Of a stretch of 64,000 nt of DNA, positions 38,295-49,329 are shown piece by piece; position 1 is the first letter of the stretch; the number at the start of each line of letters is the position of its first letter. The position numbers and the translations under genes were made by a program. The DNA comes from Mobula hypostoma. Lineage: Eukaryota. The notes below the pieces were generated by a model. It ran no database searches and had not been told where the DNA came from. It worked only from the letters and a program-made list of their open reading frames with translations. The DNA lies in the NCBI RefSeq assembly GCF_963921235.1, contig NC_086108.1, positions 41,790,001 through 41,854,000 of the forward strand. The letters run 5' to 3'.

Positions 38295-38680
38295 AATCAG
38301 GTGGAAGCTGGAGGCAAAGTTGATGAAATTGACAAGTTCTGCATGGGTGCAGGAAGCAGTGCCAATGCAGTCGCCAAGGTGGCGGAGAAAGAGTTGGGGC
38401 GCATTACTGGTGTAGGCTTGTAACATGGACTGTTCCACACAGCCAACAAAAAGGCCAGCATAGCTGGGGCCCATGCGAGAGGCCATGGCCACACCTTTAG
38501 CCTGAAGAAAGTGTGAGGAGCTGGAAGAGAAGATGTTGAGAGTACCAGTTCTGCCAGACGGAATGGAAGAGGGCCTGTGGTTGGGTCTGTTGCCAAGAAA
38601 TGAAGTGAAGAGTTTTGAGGCCTTCCTGGTAGTCACACTGATTGTACCATGATGGATGGAGAACTGAGGAGCTGGAGATA
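38295..38680 (-). mobile_element. Older Penelope RT fragment
   Basis: KGVAMASRMGPSYAGLFVG...CTHAELVNFINFASSFH, homologous to the RT at 24289-25323. Confidence 0.88.
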
Positions 38681-38956
38681 GATTCCACCAGTATGTCAGA
38701 TCAGTGAGATTGCTGAATCAAAGGATGGTCTGGGAGATTGCTGCATTTATATTTGATGTTCAGCATATTCTTTGCTGCAGTGCCCAGGTGGAGAAGCCCC
38801 AGCAGTAGTGCTATACACACTGCGGCCTGATCCGCCCCATCTTGTTCAAGTACTGAATAAATACTCTTTGCTTATCATGGGTATAGTGCTGGTATCAGGA
38901 AACAGAAGAGCTTCAACACAATTGTTTTGAGTCTGTAGAATGGTTCATGTTCAAAG

Positions 38957-39561
38957 TGTAACACTCGCTTTGCCTAGTGGCATGATCTCGGGGGTGATAA
39001 CCCCCCTGCCCAGCCAAACTTTAGAACTCCCATTTGGGTGGATACTGCGTGAAGAGTCGCCCGTGTCAAATCAGTACCCCAAAATAACAAACAGTACACA
39101 ATATGCGGTTAAACAAGTAAGATTTTATAACTCTTACTTGGACTATAAGACTAGTAGAGAACAAAATATAAAATAAAAGGCGCCAAGAATTTATTTAATC
39201 AGATCTGTACAATTCGTTGGAGCTCACGGTTTTCCTTCGCTGATTCCTCCTTTGATTACTGTCGACCCTTGGCTCCCGCCAGAGCCCAGAGGGTCAGGCA
39301 GCCCACCGACTCCTCAAGTCGCGTTTCTTCTCTTCATTCCCCTTGCGCCTTCTGCCCAAAGCCCGCGAAAACCAAACAGCTTTCACACAAACGAGAAAGA
39401 ATAACATCTCGCCAATTGGTTAGCAACTGAATGCCGAAGTCCCATTATCTCTACCTATAACCCAAACATGCTGCTACAGAGAACCTATTACCTCAGCAGT
39501 TAACATTACAGAGAAGCCTTTTATTAGCCTTAGCAGTTAACATAAAAGTGAAACCCCGACA
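38957..39561. mobile_element. Candidate solo LTR
   Basis: About 605 bp, TG...CA ends, CpG-richer than flanks, AATAAA motifs, internal duplication of AGCAGTTAACAT; flanks AAAG/AAAA match at only 3 of 4. Confidence 0.45.
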
Positions 39562-39579
39562 AAAAAATCAGATGAGCAC

Positions 39580-40570
39580 GTCAGCACAATCATGGACCTT
39601 CTCAGCAACTGTGCTGAGGACTGTGACGTGGAATTACAGTATTGTATTGTACCAATGTACCTGAACCCACAGTCACTGTTACAGAAGTAAGAGCATTCTT
39701 CCAGAGAGTGAATCCATCGAAAGTAACTGGCCCAGATGGAGTCCCTGGCCACGTCCTTAGACCCTGTACTGATCAGCTGCCATGGGTGTATTTACAGACA
39801 TTTATAACTTCTTACTTCTTCACAAAGACCACCATCATCCTAGTATCAAAAACAAGTAGGTAAAGTGCCTTAATAATTACTACCCAGTGGCTCTGACATC
39901 CACCATCATGAAGTGCTTCAAGAGGCACACGTTAACTCCAGGTTCCAGACAACCACAGCCCACGACCATTTCAAAGCTTCTACGGCAGATGCCATCCCCC
40001 TTGCCCTACATTCTGTCTGGAGCATCTGGATTGTAAAGGCACCAGTGTTGGACTGTTCTTTATTGATTACAACTCTTCCTTCAATACTACAATTCCATGC
40101 AAACTCACAGAACTGGGACTCCACACCTCCCTTTGCAAATGGATCCTTGAGTTTCCATTCTCAAGGATAGTGTTTCTATATTTCATTAGGACTTTGAAGA
40201 GATTTGGTTTGTCAATTAAAACACTCAAAAACTTCTACAGTTGTACCATGGAAAGCATTCTTACAGGCTGCACCACTGTCTGGTATTGCGGGGGCGGGGG
40301 GGGGTGTTACAGGATCGGAAGAAAGTTGTAAAATTAGTCAGCTCCATCTTGGGTACTAGCCTCCATAGTATCCAAGACACCTTCAAGGAGCATTGCGCCA
40401 GAAAGGCCACATCTATTATTAAGGACCCCCTTCACCCAGGATATGCCCTCTTCTCATTGTTACCATCAGGAAGGAGGTACAGACTCAACAATTCAGGAAC
40501 AGCTTCTTCCCTTCTGCCATCCAATTCCAAAATAGACATTGAACATATGACCACTAACTCACTTTTTAAA
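39580..40570 (+). mobile_element. Degenerate Rex1/Babar LINE; 3' UTR continues at about 42025-42065 and 42920-43082
   Basis: RVNPSKVTGPDGVPG, IIKDPLHPGYALFSLLPSGRRY; tail GATAATAAACCTGATTCTGAT at about 43062-43082. Confidence 0.82.
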
Positions 40571-40574
40571 AAAT

Positions 40575-42025
40575 AAAAAGTGGGCTGAGAAGTGGTAAAT
40601 GGAGTTCAACCCGGAGAAGTGTGAGGTGGTACCCTTTGGAAGGACAAACTCCAAGGCAGAGTACAAAGTAAATGGCAGGATACTTGGTAGTATGGAGGAG
40701 CAGAGGGATCTGGGGGTACATGTCCACAGATCCCTGAAAGTTGCCTCACAGGTAGATAGGATAGTTAAGAAAGCTTATGTGGTGTTAACTTTCATAAATC
40801 GAGGGATAGAGTTTAAGAGTCGCGAGGTAATGATGCAGCTCTATAAAACATTGGTTAGGCCACACTTGGCGTACTGTGTCCAGTTCTGGTCACCTCACTA
40901 TAGGAAGGATGTGGAAGCATTGGAAAGGGTACAGAGGAGATTTACCAGGATACTGCCTGGTTTAGAGAGTATGGATTATGATCAGAGATTATGGGAGCTA
41001 GGGCTTTACTCTTTGGAGAGAAGGAGGATGAGAGGAGACATGATAGAGGTATACAAGATAGTAAGAGGAATAGATAGAGTGGATAGCCAGCGCCTCTTCT
41101 CCAGGGCACCACTGCTCAATACAAGAGGACATGGCTTTAAGGTAAGGAGTGGGAAGTTCAAGGGGGATATTAGAGGAAGGTTTTTTACTCAGAGAGTGGT
41201 TGGTGCATGGAATGCACTGCCTGAGTCAGTGGTGGAGGCAGATACACTAGTGAAATTTAAGCGACTACTAGACAGGTATATGGAGGAATTTAAGATGGGG
41301 GGTTATTTGGGAGGTAGGGTTTTAGATTATGAAGACACGTAGTCCCCTTTTATTGTCATTTAGCAATGCATGCATTAAGAGATGATACATTATTTCCTCC
41401 GGTGTGATATCACAAAAACACAGGACAAACCAAGACTAAAAAAAACTGACAAAACCACATAATTATACATAGAGTTACAACAGTGCAACAATACCATAAC
41501 TTGTTGAAGAAGTCCATGAGCACAGTAAAGTTCAAAGTTTCTCAAATGTCCCACATCTCATGCAGACGGGAGGAGGAAGGAAGAAAAACTCTCCCTGCCA
41601 TGCCGACCACAATCCGACTCTGAGTCATCCGAAAACTTCGAGCTCTGATCAGCTCTCCGACACCGAGTACTGAGCGCCATCTCTGTCCGAGCAATTCGAC
41701 CTCTTTCTCGGTCACCAAAAGCAGGCAAGGCCGGGGATTTTGAGGCCTACCCTCCGAAAGATTCTGGACCACACAGTAATGACAGCAGTGGATGGGCGTT
41801 TCGGAAATTTCTCCAGATGTTCCTCTGTGCTTTCACATCTGCCTCCATCAAATCAGAAATTGTCCACAGCCCCTACTTAACAGATACAACATCATTCTTC
41901 ACTGGAGAGCTGCGCACGCGCAGTGCGTTGCCATCTTCTCCTCCCTGACATTGAGGGTTTGAGGGTTGGCACAACATTGTGGGCCAAAGGGCCTGTACTG
42001 TGCTGTACTATTCTATGGTCTATGC
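40575..42025 (+). mobile_element. Relatively young CR1 3' fragment, 3' UTR split by an insertion
   Basis: Uninterrupted frame 40599-41342 (MEFNPEKCEV...RDLGV...YCVQFWSP...WNALP); the 3' end resumes at 41954 (GGCACAACATTGTGGGCCAAAGGGCCTG...TTCTATG). Confidence 0.93.
41323..41953 (-). mobile_element. Non-coding non-autonomous retroelement (SINE-like, Rex1/L2-type tail)
   Basis: 7-bp TSD AGGGTTT at 41316-41322 and 41954-41960; the minus strand starts near GAGAAGATGGC and ends ...TGACAATAAAAGG...ATAATCTAA. Confidence 0.7.
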
Positions 42026-42084
42026 TCTGTTTCTGTTTTTGCAATATTTTTAATCTATTCAAAGAATAAAGAGGACAGAGCTCA

Positions 42085-42920
42085 TTCAAGATGGCACTAA
42101 ATGGCAACTCCTTTGCTTGCATTTTCGGAAACAGCTCTATTTCTAACTTTGAGATCTCTTTTTTTCCCTTTCAAGTTTTTTTGAAGACTCTAACCTGGAG
42201 TTACACACTGACTTTGTTTCTTTGCAGGAATGGGGCCCACTCTCAGGGCCTCATGACCGGCCGTTTTTCGATATTCCAAGGACGCAGTCTGGAAGGTGAC
42301 GCGGCTTCCAGGGTTCCGGATTTCCGTGGCTCTGGCGACAGGCTGATTCAAGGCTAGTATCACTGCCTGATGCGTCGCAGGAGAACACGGAAGATCAGAA
42401 TCAGCAGGCTTGCTGCTGGCTCTATGTCGAGGGACCTGAGCCTTCCTGGGGCCGACTCTCTGGGTACAGACCTCAGAAAAAGCGATGCAACAGGCTTTTA
42501 ACACCATAAACAGCAAGTTGTTTGTTGTGTCTCCCCTCTCGCTGTGAAACGGGGACACCTCTTCTTCCCTTATTAGGGAGAGAGAGCCTGTGGTACATTG
42601 AATACTGGGTGAACGAGTAGTCCTTGGGGTACTGCAAGTCTGTGTTTAATTGATGCTTTGCTGCACACTTGAGTGCTCGGTGGAGAGCGCCAATGCTTTT
42701 TTTGCTGGTGGTGGAGTGGGTGGTCTTTGCCCTGCTGCTGATTGTGCATAGGAAGGGAGGCTGGCAGGGCGGGGGGGGGGGGCTTTGGGGGTTCTAACAT
42801 TTAACTGCCATTCATTCTTTGGGGCACTCCTCTGTTTTCGTGGATGTTTGCCAAGAAAAAGAATTTCAGGATGTATATTGTATACATTTCTCTCACATTA
42901 AATGTACCTATTGAAACCTA
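42085..42920 (+). mobile_element. Unclassified non-coding interspersed repeat
   Basis: Starts CAAGATGGC; a related copy lies at 23170-23535/28259-28470 on the minus strand; interrupts a Rex1 3' UTR. Confidence 0.65.
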
Positions 42921-42959
42921 TATATATTTACTATAATTGATCTAATTACTGTATTTATT

Positions 42960-42993
42960 TATTTATTCATTCATTCATTCATTCATTCATTCT
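42960..42993. repeat. (ATTC)n microsatellite
   Basis: Direct reading. Confidence 0.9.
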
Positions 42994-43084
42994 TTCTATG
43001 TTATCATGACTTGCATTGAACTGCTGCTGCTAAGTTAACAAATTTCACAACACATGCCAGTGATAATAAACCTGATTCTGATAG

Positions 43085-44235
43085 ACTGCAATGATTAAGC
43101 AGCAACACTTCTATCACGATTACCTTCAACACTGGTACACTACAGAGCTATATCTTCAGGGTTCTGCTCAGCTCCATGTACGCTCGCAACTGTATGGTCA
43201 GATTCTGCCTTAACTCCATCTACGTCCTTGCAGATACGACTGTAGTGGGCCGTATCTCAAATAACGGTGAGTTGAAGAGCAGGAAGGAGATGGAAAACCT
43301 CGTGACATGGTGTCATGACAACAACCCTTCCCTCGATGTCAGCAAAACAGAAGAGCTGGTCATTGACTTCTGCAAGGGAGATACGCACATGGCCCCGTTT
43401 ACATCAGTGGCGCTGAGCTTGAGAGAGTTGAGAGTTTCAAGTTCCTACAGATGATCATCACCAGTAGTCTGTGGTGGTCCAACCACATTGATGACACAGC
43501 CAAGAAAGCTCACCAGTGCCTCTACTGCCACAGGAAGCTGAACAAATTTGGCTTGTCCCCTTTGACCCTCATCCATTTTTATCAAGGCACAAATAGAACG
43601 TATCGTATCCCAATGCATCATGACTTGATATGACAACTGCTCTACCTTTGACCACAAGAAACTGCAGGGCATAGTGGACACAGCTCTACACGTCACAGAA
43701 AACAGCTTCTCCTTCATATACTCTCTCTTTATACTTCTCACTGCCTCAGTTAAGCAATCAGCATAATCAAAGACCTACCCACCCAAGGCATTCCAGGCAG
43801 CATTTCTAGGAAGAGGTGCAGTCGACGTTTCAGGCCGAGACCCTTTGGCCTGCAACATCGACTGCACCTCTTCCTAGAGATGCTGTCTGGCCTGCTGTGT
43901 TCACCAGCAACTTTGATGTGTGTTGCTTGAATTTCCAGCATCTGCAGAATTCCTGTTGTTTGCACCCAAGGCATTCTTTCTTCTCCCCCTCCCACTGGCC
44001 AGAAGATGAAACAGACTTTAAGCACATACCACCAGACTCAAGGACAGTTTCTATCCCGCTATTACAAGACTTTTGGATGATCCCTAGTGCAATAAGATGG
44101 ACTGTTGACCTCACAATCTACCTCGTTATGATATTGCATCCTGTTGTTTCCCTGCACTGCACTTTGTCTGTAACTGTAACTCTTCAATCTGCACTGTTAT
44201 TGTTTTACTTTGTACTACCTCATTGAACCGTTGTG
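43085..44235 (+). mobile_element. Rex1/Babar LINE 3' fragment
   Basis: ADTTVVGRISN, LVTWCHDNN, KTEELVIDF, KKAHQCLY; interrupted at 43794. Confidence 0.85.
43794..43962. mobile_element. Fold-back mini-Penelope (pLTR ends only)
   Basis: 14-bp TSD CACCCAAGGCATTC at 43780-43793 and 43963-43976; inverted arms meet near 43846; same pLTR family as 23536-23680. Confidence 0.92.
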
Positions 44236-44409
44236 AAAAATTCATCTGTAGATGAGTTTTTCAGTCTGTGAGCAATATTGGTACCACAGAATCCAAAGGT
44301 GTTTTCATAATGTTCAGTATCATCTGCCTGGTACAGATTCATAGGACCAAGCTCCCTTGCCAAGTTTAAACCAGGCCTAATCGGCAAGGCCACCTGATGT
44401 ACTGTAATT

Positions 44410-45071
44410 CAGACATCTCACCTCTCCCGGAAGTTCCGGGAGTCTCCTGCATATTGATAGAGACTCCCTAACGCCCGGAAATTATATACAATATGCCAGA
44501 AATCGATTTTTTGAGAGGGACAGGGGGAGGGAAAGGGAGAGCGAGAGGGAGAGCGAGAGCGAGCATCCTGATTGTTCTCTCTTCATGCTAAGTAGACCTA
44601 TCAGTTTTCTCTGTGGGCGGGCTTTACAGTCGACCTCAAAAAATAATGACAGTGTTGCTCGCTGCACTGGTTGCAACAGTGACTTTTCTATTACCCATGG
44701 TGGGTTAAAATGTTGAGACATGTTTAGGTGAGTTTAACAGGTGTCATTATAGCATAGCTAACGTTATTTAAACTAGCTGGCTAGCTGCTAAGGAGCTCTC
44801 TATTGATGTCCTACGTGATGAGGCCAAACTCCCTGTAGACTTGCTTAAAGTTGTAATAGAATAAACATGATAATATAATATAAGTACACATTTTAATGTC
44901 ACATTTTCTGCATATACCCAACTTGGTTTACAGATTAGACAAAATCACTAAACAAGGTATTACATACACCAGTGGAGGTCGACTGGGGGGGGGTCTGGGG
45001 GGGGGGATATGGGGTTGCGGGGGGCAGGGGTGCTACCTCCTGAAATGAGTTTTTGCAGGATGGGATGTCTG
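44410..45071. mobile_element. Non-autonomous DNA transposon, superfamily uncertain
   Basis: Short TIR CAGACATC(T/C)CA; 7-bp direct repeat TGTAATT at 44403-44409 and 45072-45078; subterminal palindrome CTCCCGGAAGTTCCGGGAG. Confidence 0.75.
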
Positions 45072-46156
45072 TGTAATTAAACAACAATGATGAGGTAGAA
45101 CAAACCCCAACAATAGAGGTACTGAAGTACTTTAACAATGCAATACTTGCGGTGTTATTTTCAGACAAAATTAACAAAATGTTTGAAATGCTTCTCAATA
45201 CAAAGAAAAAATCCACTTTCTTTGAGTATTGTGGGCTAACAACAAGAGTGAAACTCTGTCTGGAGAGAGGAACTTGTTACCCAAACTACATGCATTCTAT
45301 TAGAATTGCAACTGTGGTACAAGATATTTCCAGAGTACATCACAGCTGCTGCAAAAGCAAATACTGTAAAAGGCCCCAGAGATCTCTGTAACCAGGATTA
45401 TTGATTATCCACATTATTTTTGAAAGCCATGTTCCCTTCAACGTTTTCAGAATCCCAGATTTAGTATTGGATTGGCCATTATTCTTAAGTATTATTTCCT
45501 TGTAGCCATAAAAGAAACCTTTTACTTAGAAAATAGCCTGCTCTCAGAAGTGGCAAATGTACACACATTATAGCTAAAGCAGCAAGTTGTGTATGACAGA
45601 GTAAATGGCAATGATTACTCTCAAACGTTAGTAACTTTGAGAGTACGGCACTCTAAGTGTTTGCAAAAGACCCCTCGTCAACCTACCCCCCACTGTACAA
45701 CACTGCGTCCATGTTGAGACCCTGGAAAAGATAAAAACTCTAGTCTGGTATAGGACCCTATATTTTCCAGACTCATCGCGGACACTTATTACCTGGGAGC
45801 TGTGGTGAACAATGGGACCATTACTTTGCAACTGTTTAAGGAAGGTCCACTCTTCTCATACACTTCAGTTAATGCAACAATGACGACTAGCAACTTACTG
45901 AATGAATTGAAGAGACCTTCACTCTGGAGTGATGGCGTCACAGACTGAAGAGTTTCCCGTCTGTCCTATGCATGAGATCTACATCAATTGGAAGCTTGCT
46001 GGAGGCAACGTAGAACACTGCGGTGAGATTTAAAGACATGTTTGGATTGACACAGCCTTGCATGACATTACGTTGCTCTGAGATTTGGTTTGCTAAGGAC
46101 CTGTTAAAGATTGTGATTTGTGTATGTAGTTGCCATTAGATGGTGATAAACCTTTG

Positions 46157-46607
46157 AACATAGAAATCTACAGCACATTACAGGCCCTTCAGCATACAAT
46201 GTTCTGCCGACCATGTCACCTACTCAAGAAACTGCCTAGAATTTCCCAACCACGTAGCCCTCTATTTTTCTAAGCTCCATGTACCTATCTGAGAGTCCCT
46301 TAAAAGACCCTATTGTATCTGCCTCCACCTCTGTTGCTGGCAGTGCACTCACCACTCTCTGTTTGAAAAATTTACCACTCACATCCCCTCCTGTACCTAC
46401 TTCTAAGCACCTTAAAACTATGGTCACTTTAAACCTCCTCACGTTAGCCATTTCAGCCCTGGCAAAAAGCCTCTGACTCCACATGATCAATGCCTCTCAT
46501 CATCTTATATACCTCTATCAAGTCACCTCTCATCCTCTGTCGCTCCAAGGAGAAAAGGCCGAGTTCACTCAACCTATTCTCAGAAAGCATGCCTCCCAAT
46601 CCAGGCA
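46157..46607 (-). mobile_element. CR1 LINE 3' fragment
   Basis: Same family as 1757-2265 (EADTIGSFK...YMELRKIEGY). Confidence 0.9.
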
Positions 46608-47389
46608 ATTTGAGAACAATTTAGCATGCTCCCCAGATAAGGATGGAATCAGAGTCATTAGTGAGGTCAAAAAAGGTCAAATACAATACACGCTGCTGCT
46701 CACTATATTTTTCATGGAATTAACATATAGTGAAGATCAAGTCAACTATGCCTCTACCAGATATATAGTATATACACTGTGATTCAGCCACTGGGAGGAA
46801 GAGAGTAAGGACCACCCCTGTGATGACCATCCCCGTGACAGGCAGTCGGAAGAAACCCTTTCTAGTTACTACAGTTGGAATGTTCTCCTTTCTTGGAAGA
46901 TTACAGCCATTTCAAACCACATCCCATTTCTTGGGAGGCATATCTCAATGAAGGCAGAGGATGCCATCAAAGCCCTTGGTCATTTAAGCAAAGAGATATT
47001 TGAAAATCCACATCCCAAACCAGCACAAAGCTACAGTCAACCGAGCAGAAGTGACACTTGTCCTCCAACATGTTTATAACAAATGAGCAAAGTACAGCAG
47101 ACATCTTCCAAATCCACTGGTAGAACTAGTAAACCAACATCACCTTCCCCTCCCAGGTAAATATCCACAGCTGCAAGGCTCCAGTTACATTCAGCTAGCT
47201 TCAACAGTGCTAACAGTGCTAACCTCCCAAACTATTGTGAGCAATATCACAGCAAGAAATTACCAGGTTGAGGGAGGAAATGATTCGAGGACGGTGTTCA
47301 AGTCTCCATGAAAATATACAGGGCTTCCAACAACTGGCAATAATCTCAGGCCTGTGGCCATTCAAAATGGGTAAATGAATAACTTAGAG

Positions 47390-47470
47390 CAGGGATTCCC
47401 AACCTCATTTATGTCCATGGACCAATGCCATTAAGCAAGAGGTCCATGGACCCCAGGTTGGGAACTGTTG
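47390..47470. mobile_element. 81-bp hAT-Charlie-like MITE
   Basis: CAGGGATTCCCAACCT...AGGTTGGGAACTGTTG; flanks ACTTAGAG/AACTAGAG match at 6 of 8 with a TAGA core. Confidence 0.7.
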
Positions 47471-48880
47471 AACTAGAGATAATCTGGCAAGATCACCAAG
47501 GAGCCTGCCATTGAAAAACATAAGGTGTGCAAGGCCTCTTAATCTACCCAGGCACACTGCACAAAGCCTGGGGATGACACTAGCTTTTACACCTCATTCT
47601 GCATTGTTATTGTTTTTAATATTATAGCTGGGGGCAATATGATGTGAGCCATGAGGTGGTAAGGAAGATGGGGGGGGGTGGAGAATAGATGGTACTGATG
47701 GAGGAAGATGATAATGATGGTGTGGAGGGAATGCAAGATGTCAACAACTATGAGAGTAGTCATGCTACAGGAATTAATTTGGACCGGAATCATCATTCCT
47801 TGGGGATTAGGGACAAGCAACTTACACAAAAGAGTATAAAGAGTTGGGTAAAGCCAATTCTGCAGCAATAAAAAAATATTTTCAAAAACTTTAGAGAATT
47901 TTTTTCTATAAATGACATCACCAACTTGTATTGCTACATTTTAAAATAAACATGATGCAAATTGCATTATTGCAAGTTAAAAATAGGGAGTTAGCAGCAC
48001 TGGGTGTAATCAAAAAATAAACATTGTTAATGTTCCGGGTATCATTTTTTGTAAAGATTTCTCAAATTATGTTTCAATAATTGTAAACCATTGTCCTCCT
48101 TCCATAAAGAAGTTTCATTCAGTAGGACAATTTCTAACCGTTTACCTTGGTGCATGTGGCTGTTACACCTGTCAATTGACCTGCAGAGATTAAATTACTC
48201 ATCTGGCAATGTATTGGGAGTTGGTAGGAGGGAAAACTACTTCTTTCTTGATGTTGGTTGCTGTCAGTTGAACAAGTGCCTCTATGATAATCACCATGTC
48301 ACCAGAAATATTCTTTCATTCAGCAAACCAGGAACGAGAAACACCATTTTCAGCTTACATCTTAAACCATTCACGGTGTGCAAATGGAGTTAAGAACATT
48401 GATTATAAAATTAAAGTGGAATCTGAAACATCACAAATAGTTACAAAATTGAAGACAGTTAAATTTGATTATATCTTGAAATATTTATATGAGGGCAATA
48501 AAATATACATGAAATTATTTTTGTTTGCTAAACAGTGATCATGACCTCATGAACCATTAAAATTCACTTGCACTTCATGCAACAAAATACACTAAAGTAC
48601 TTTACAGCAAACTTAGTAATTCAGTGCCTAACTTTCTCATTGGATGTCTGATTTTTCTTAATTTCACTTGAGAAAGCTACAAGCAGAGATTGCTGTGGTA
48701 GAGTATCGAACAGTTAACCAGGATTAAACTACGGCTGCTAGTTGCACAACACAATGTTGGCCATTGCTGACAATATTTCCATCATGTGACTGTAGAGTCA
48801 GAGCCGTAAAGTTAATCAGCTGGGAAGGGTGGTGAAAAAAATTGACAAGAATTATAGTTCAAATAGTGGAACTAAAACAG

Positions 48881-49041
48881 CAAAATGCTGGAGGAACTCA
48901 ACAGGCCACATGCAGCATCTATGGAAAAGAATAAACAGTCCACGTTTCGAGCCGAGACCCTTCCTCAGTCCTGAGTTCCTCCAGCATTTTGGGTGTGTTG
49001 CTCGGATCTCCAGCATCTGCAGATTTTCTCTTGTTTGTGAT
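48881..49041. mobile_element. Fold-back mini-Penelope (second pLTR family)
   Basis: 14-bp TSD TGGAACTAAAACAG at 48867-48880 and 49042-49055; arms CAAAATGCTGGAGGAACTCA / TGAGTTCCTCCAGCATTTTG; hammerhead variant CTGAGGA...GAAACGTG on the minus strand at 48936-48970. Confidence 0.9.
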
Positions 49042-49062
49042 TGGAACTAAAACAGAACTCAC

Positions 49063-49255
49063 TTTCATTTGCAGCAGCCGTATTTTGATATATGACACTA
49101 TTGTCATAGAAAGACATTTTGCAAATACTTTGCAGGTTCACTCCATCCGCAACCTGTAAGCCATCATCCTTAGCAAGGCTCTCTGATCCTGTCACAGGTG
49201 AACTAGCTGGTCTAGAGCTGGTCAACGAGCTTGAGGGTCGAGAAGTAGCACAGTT
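49063..49255 (-). CDS. Candidate internal coding exon of an unidentified host gene
   Basis: Acceptor TTCTGTTCATTTTAACAG, donor A|GTGAGT, 193 bp with one open frame (NCATSRPSSSLTSSRPASSP...YQNTAAANE); non-repeat sequence; no homology recognised. Confidence 0.35.
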
Positions 49256-49329
49256 CTGTTAAAATGAACAGAAGTAAGGTTTGGATAACATTGAATCACA
49301 ATCTAAGTCAGAACTTAGGCCAAGAACTT

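Noticed and set aside
48936..48970. Fourth hammerhead as an active ribozyme
   Set aside because: The cleavage triplet is GUG rather than NUH and stem I is disrupted; treated as decayed
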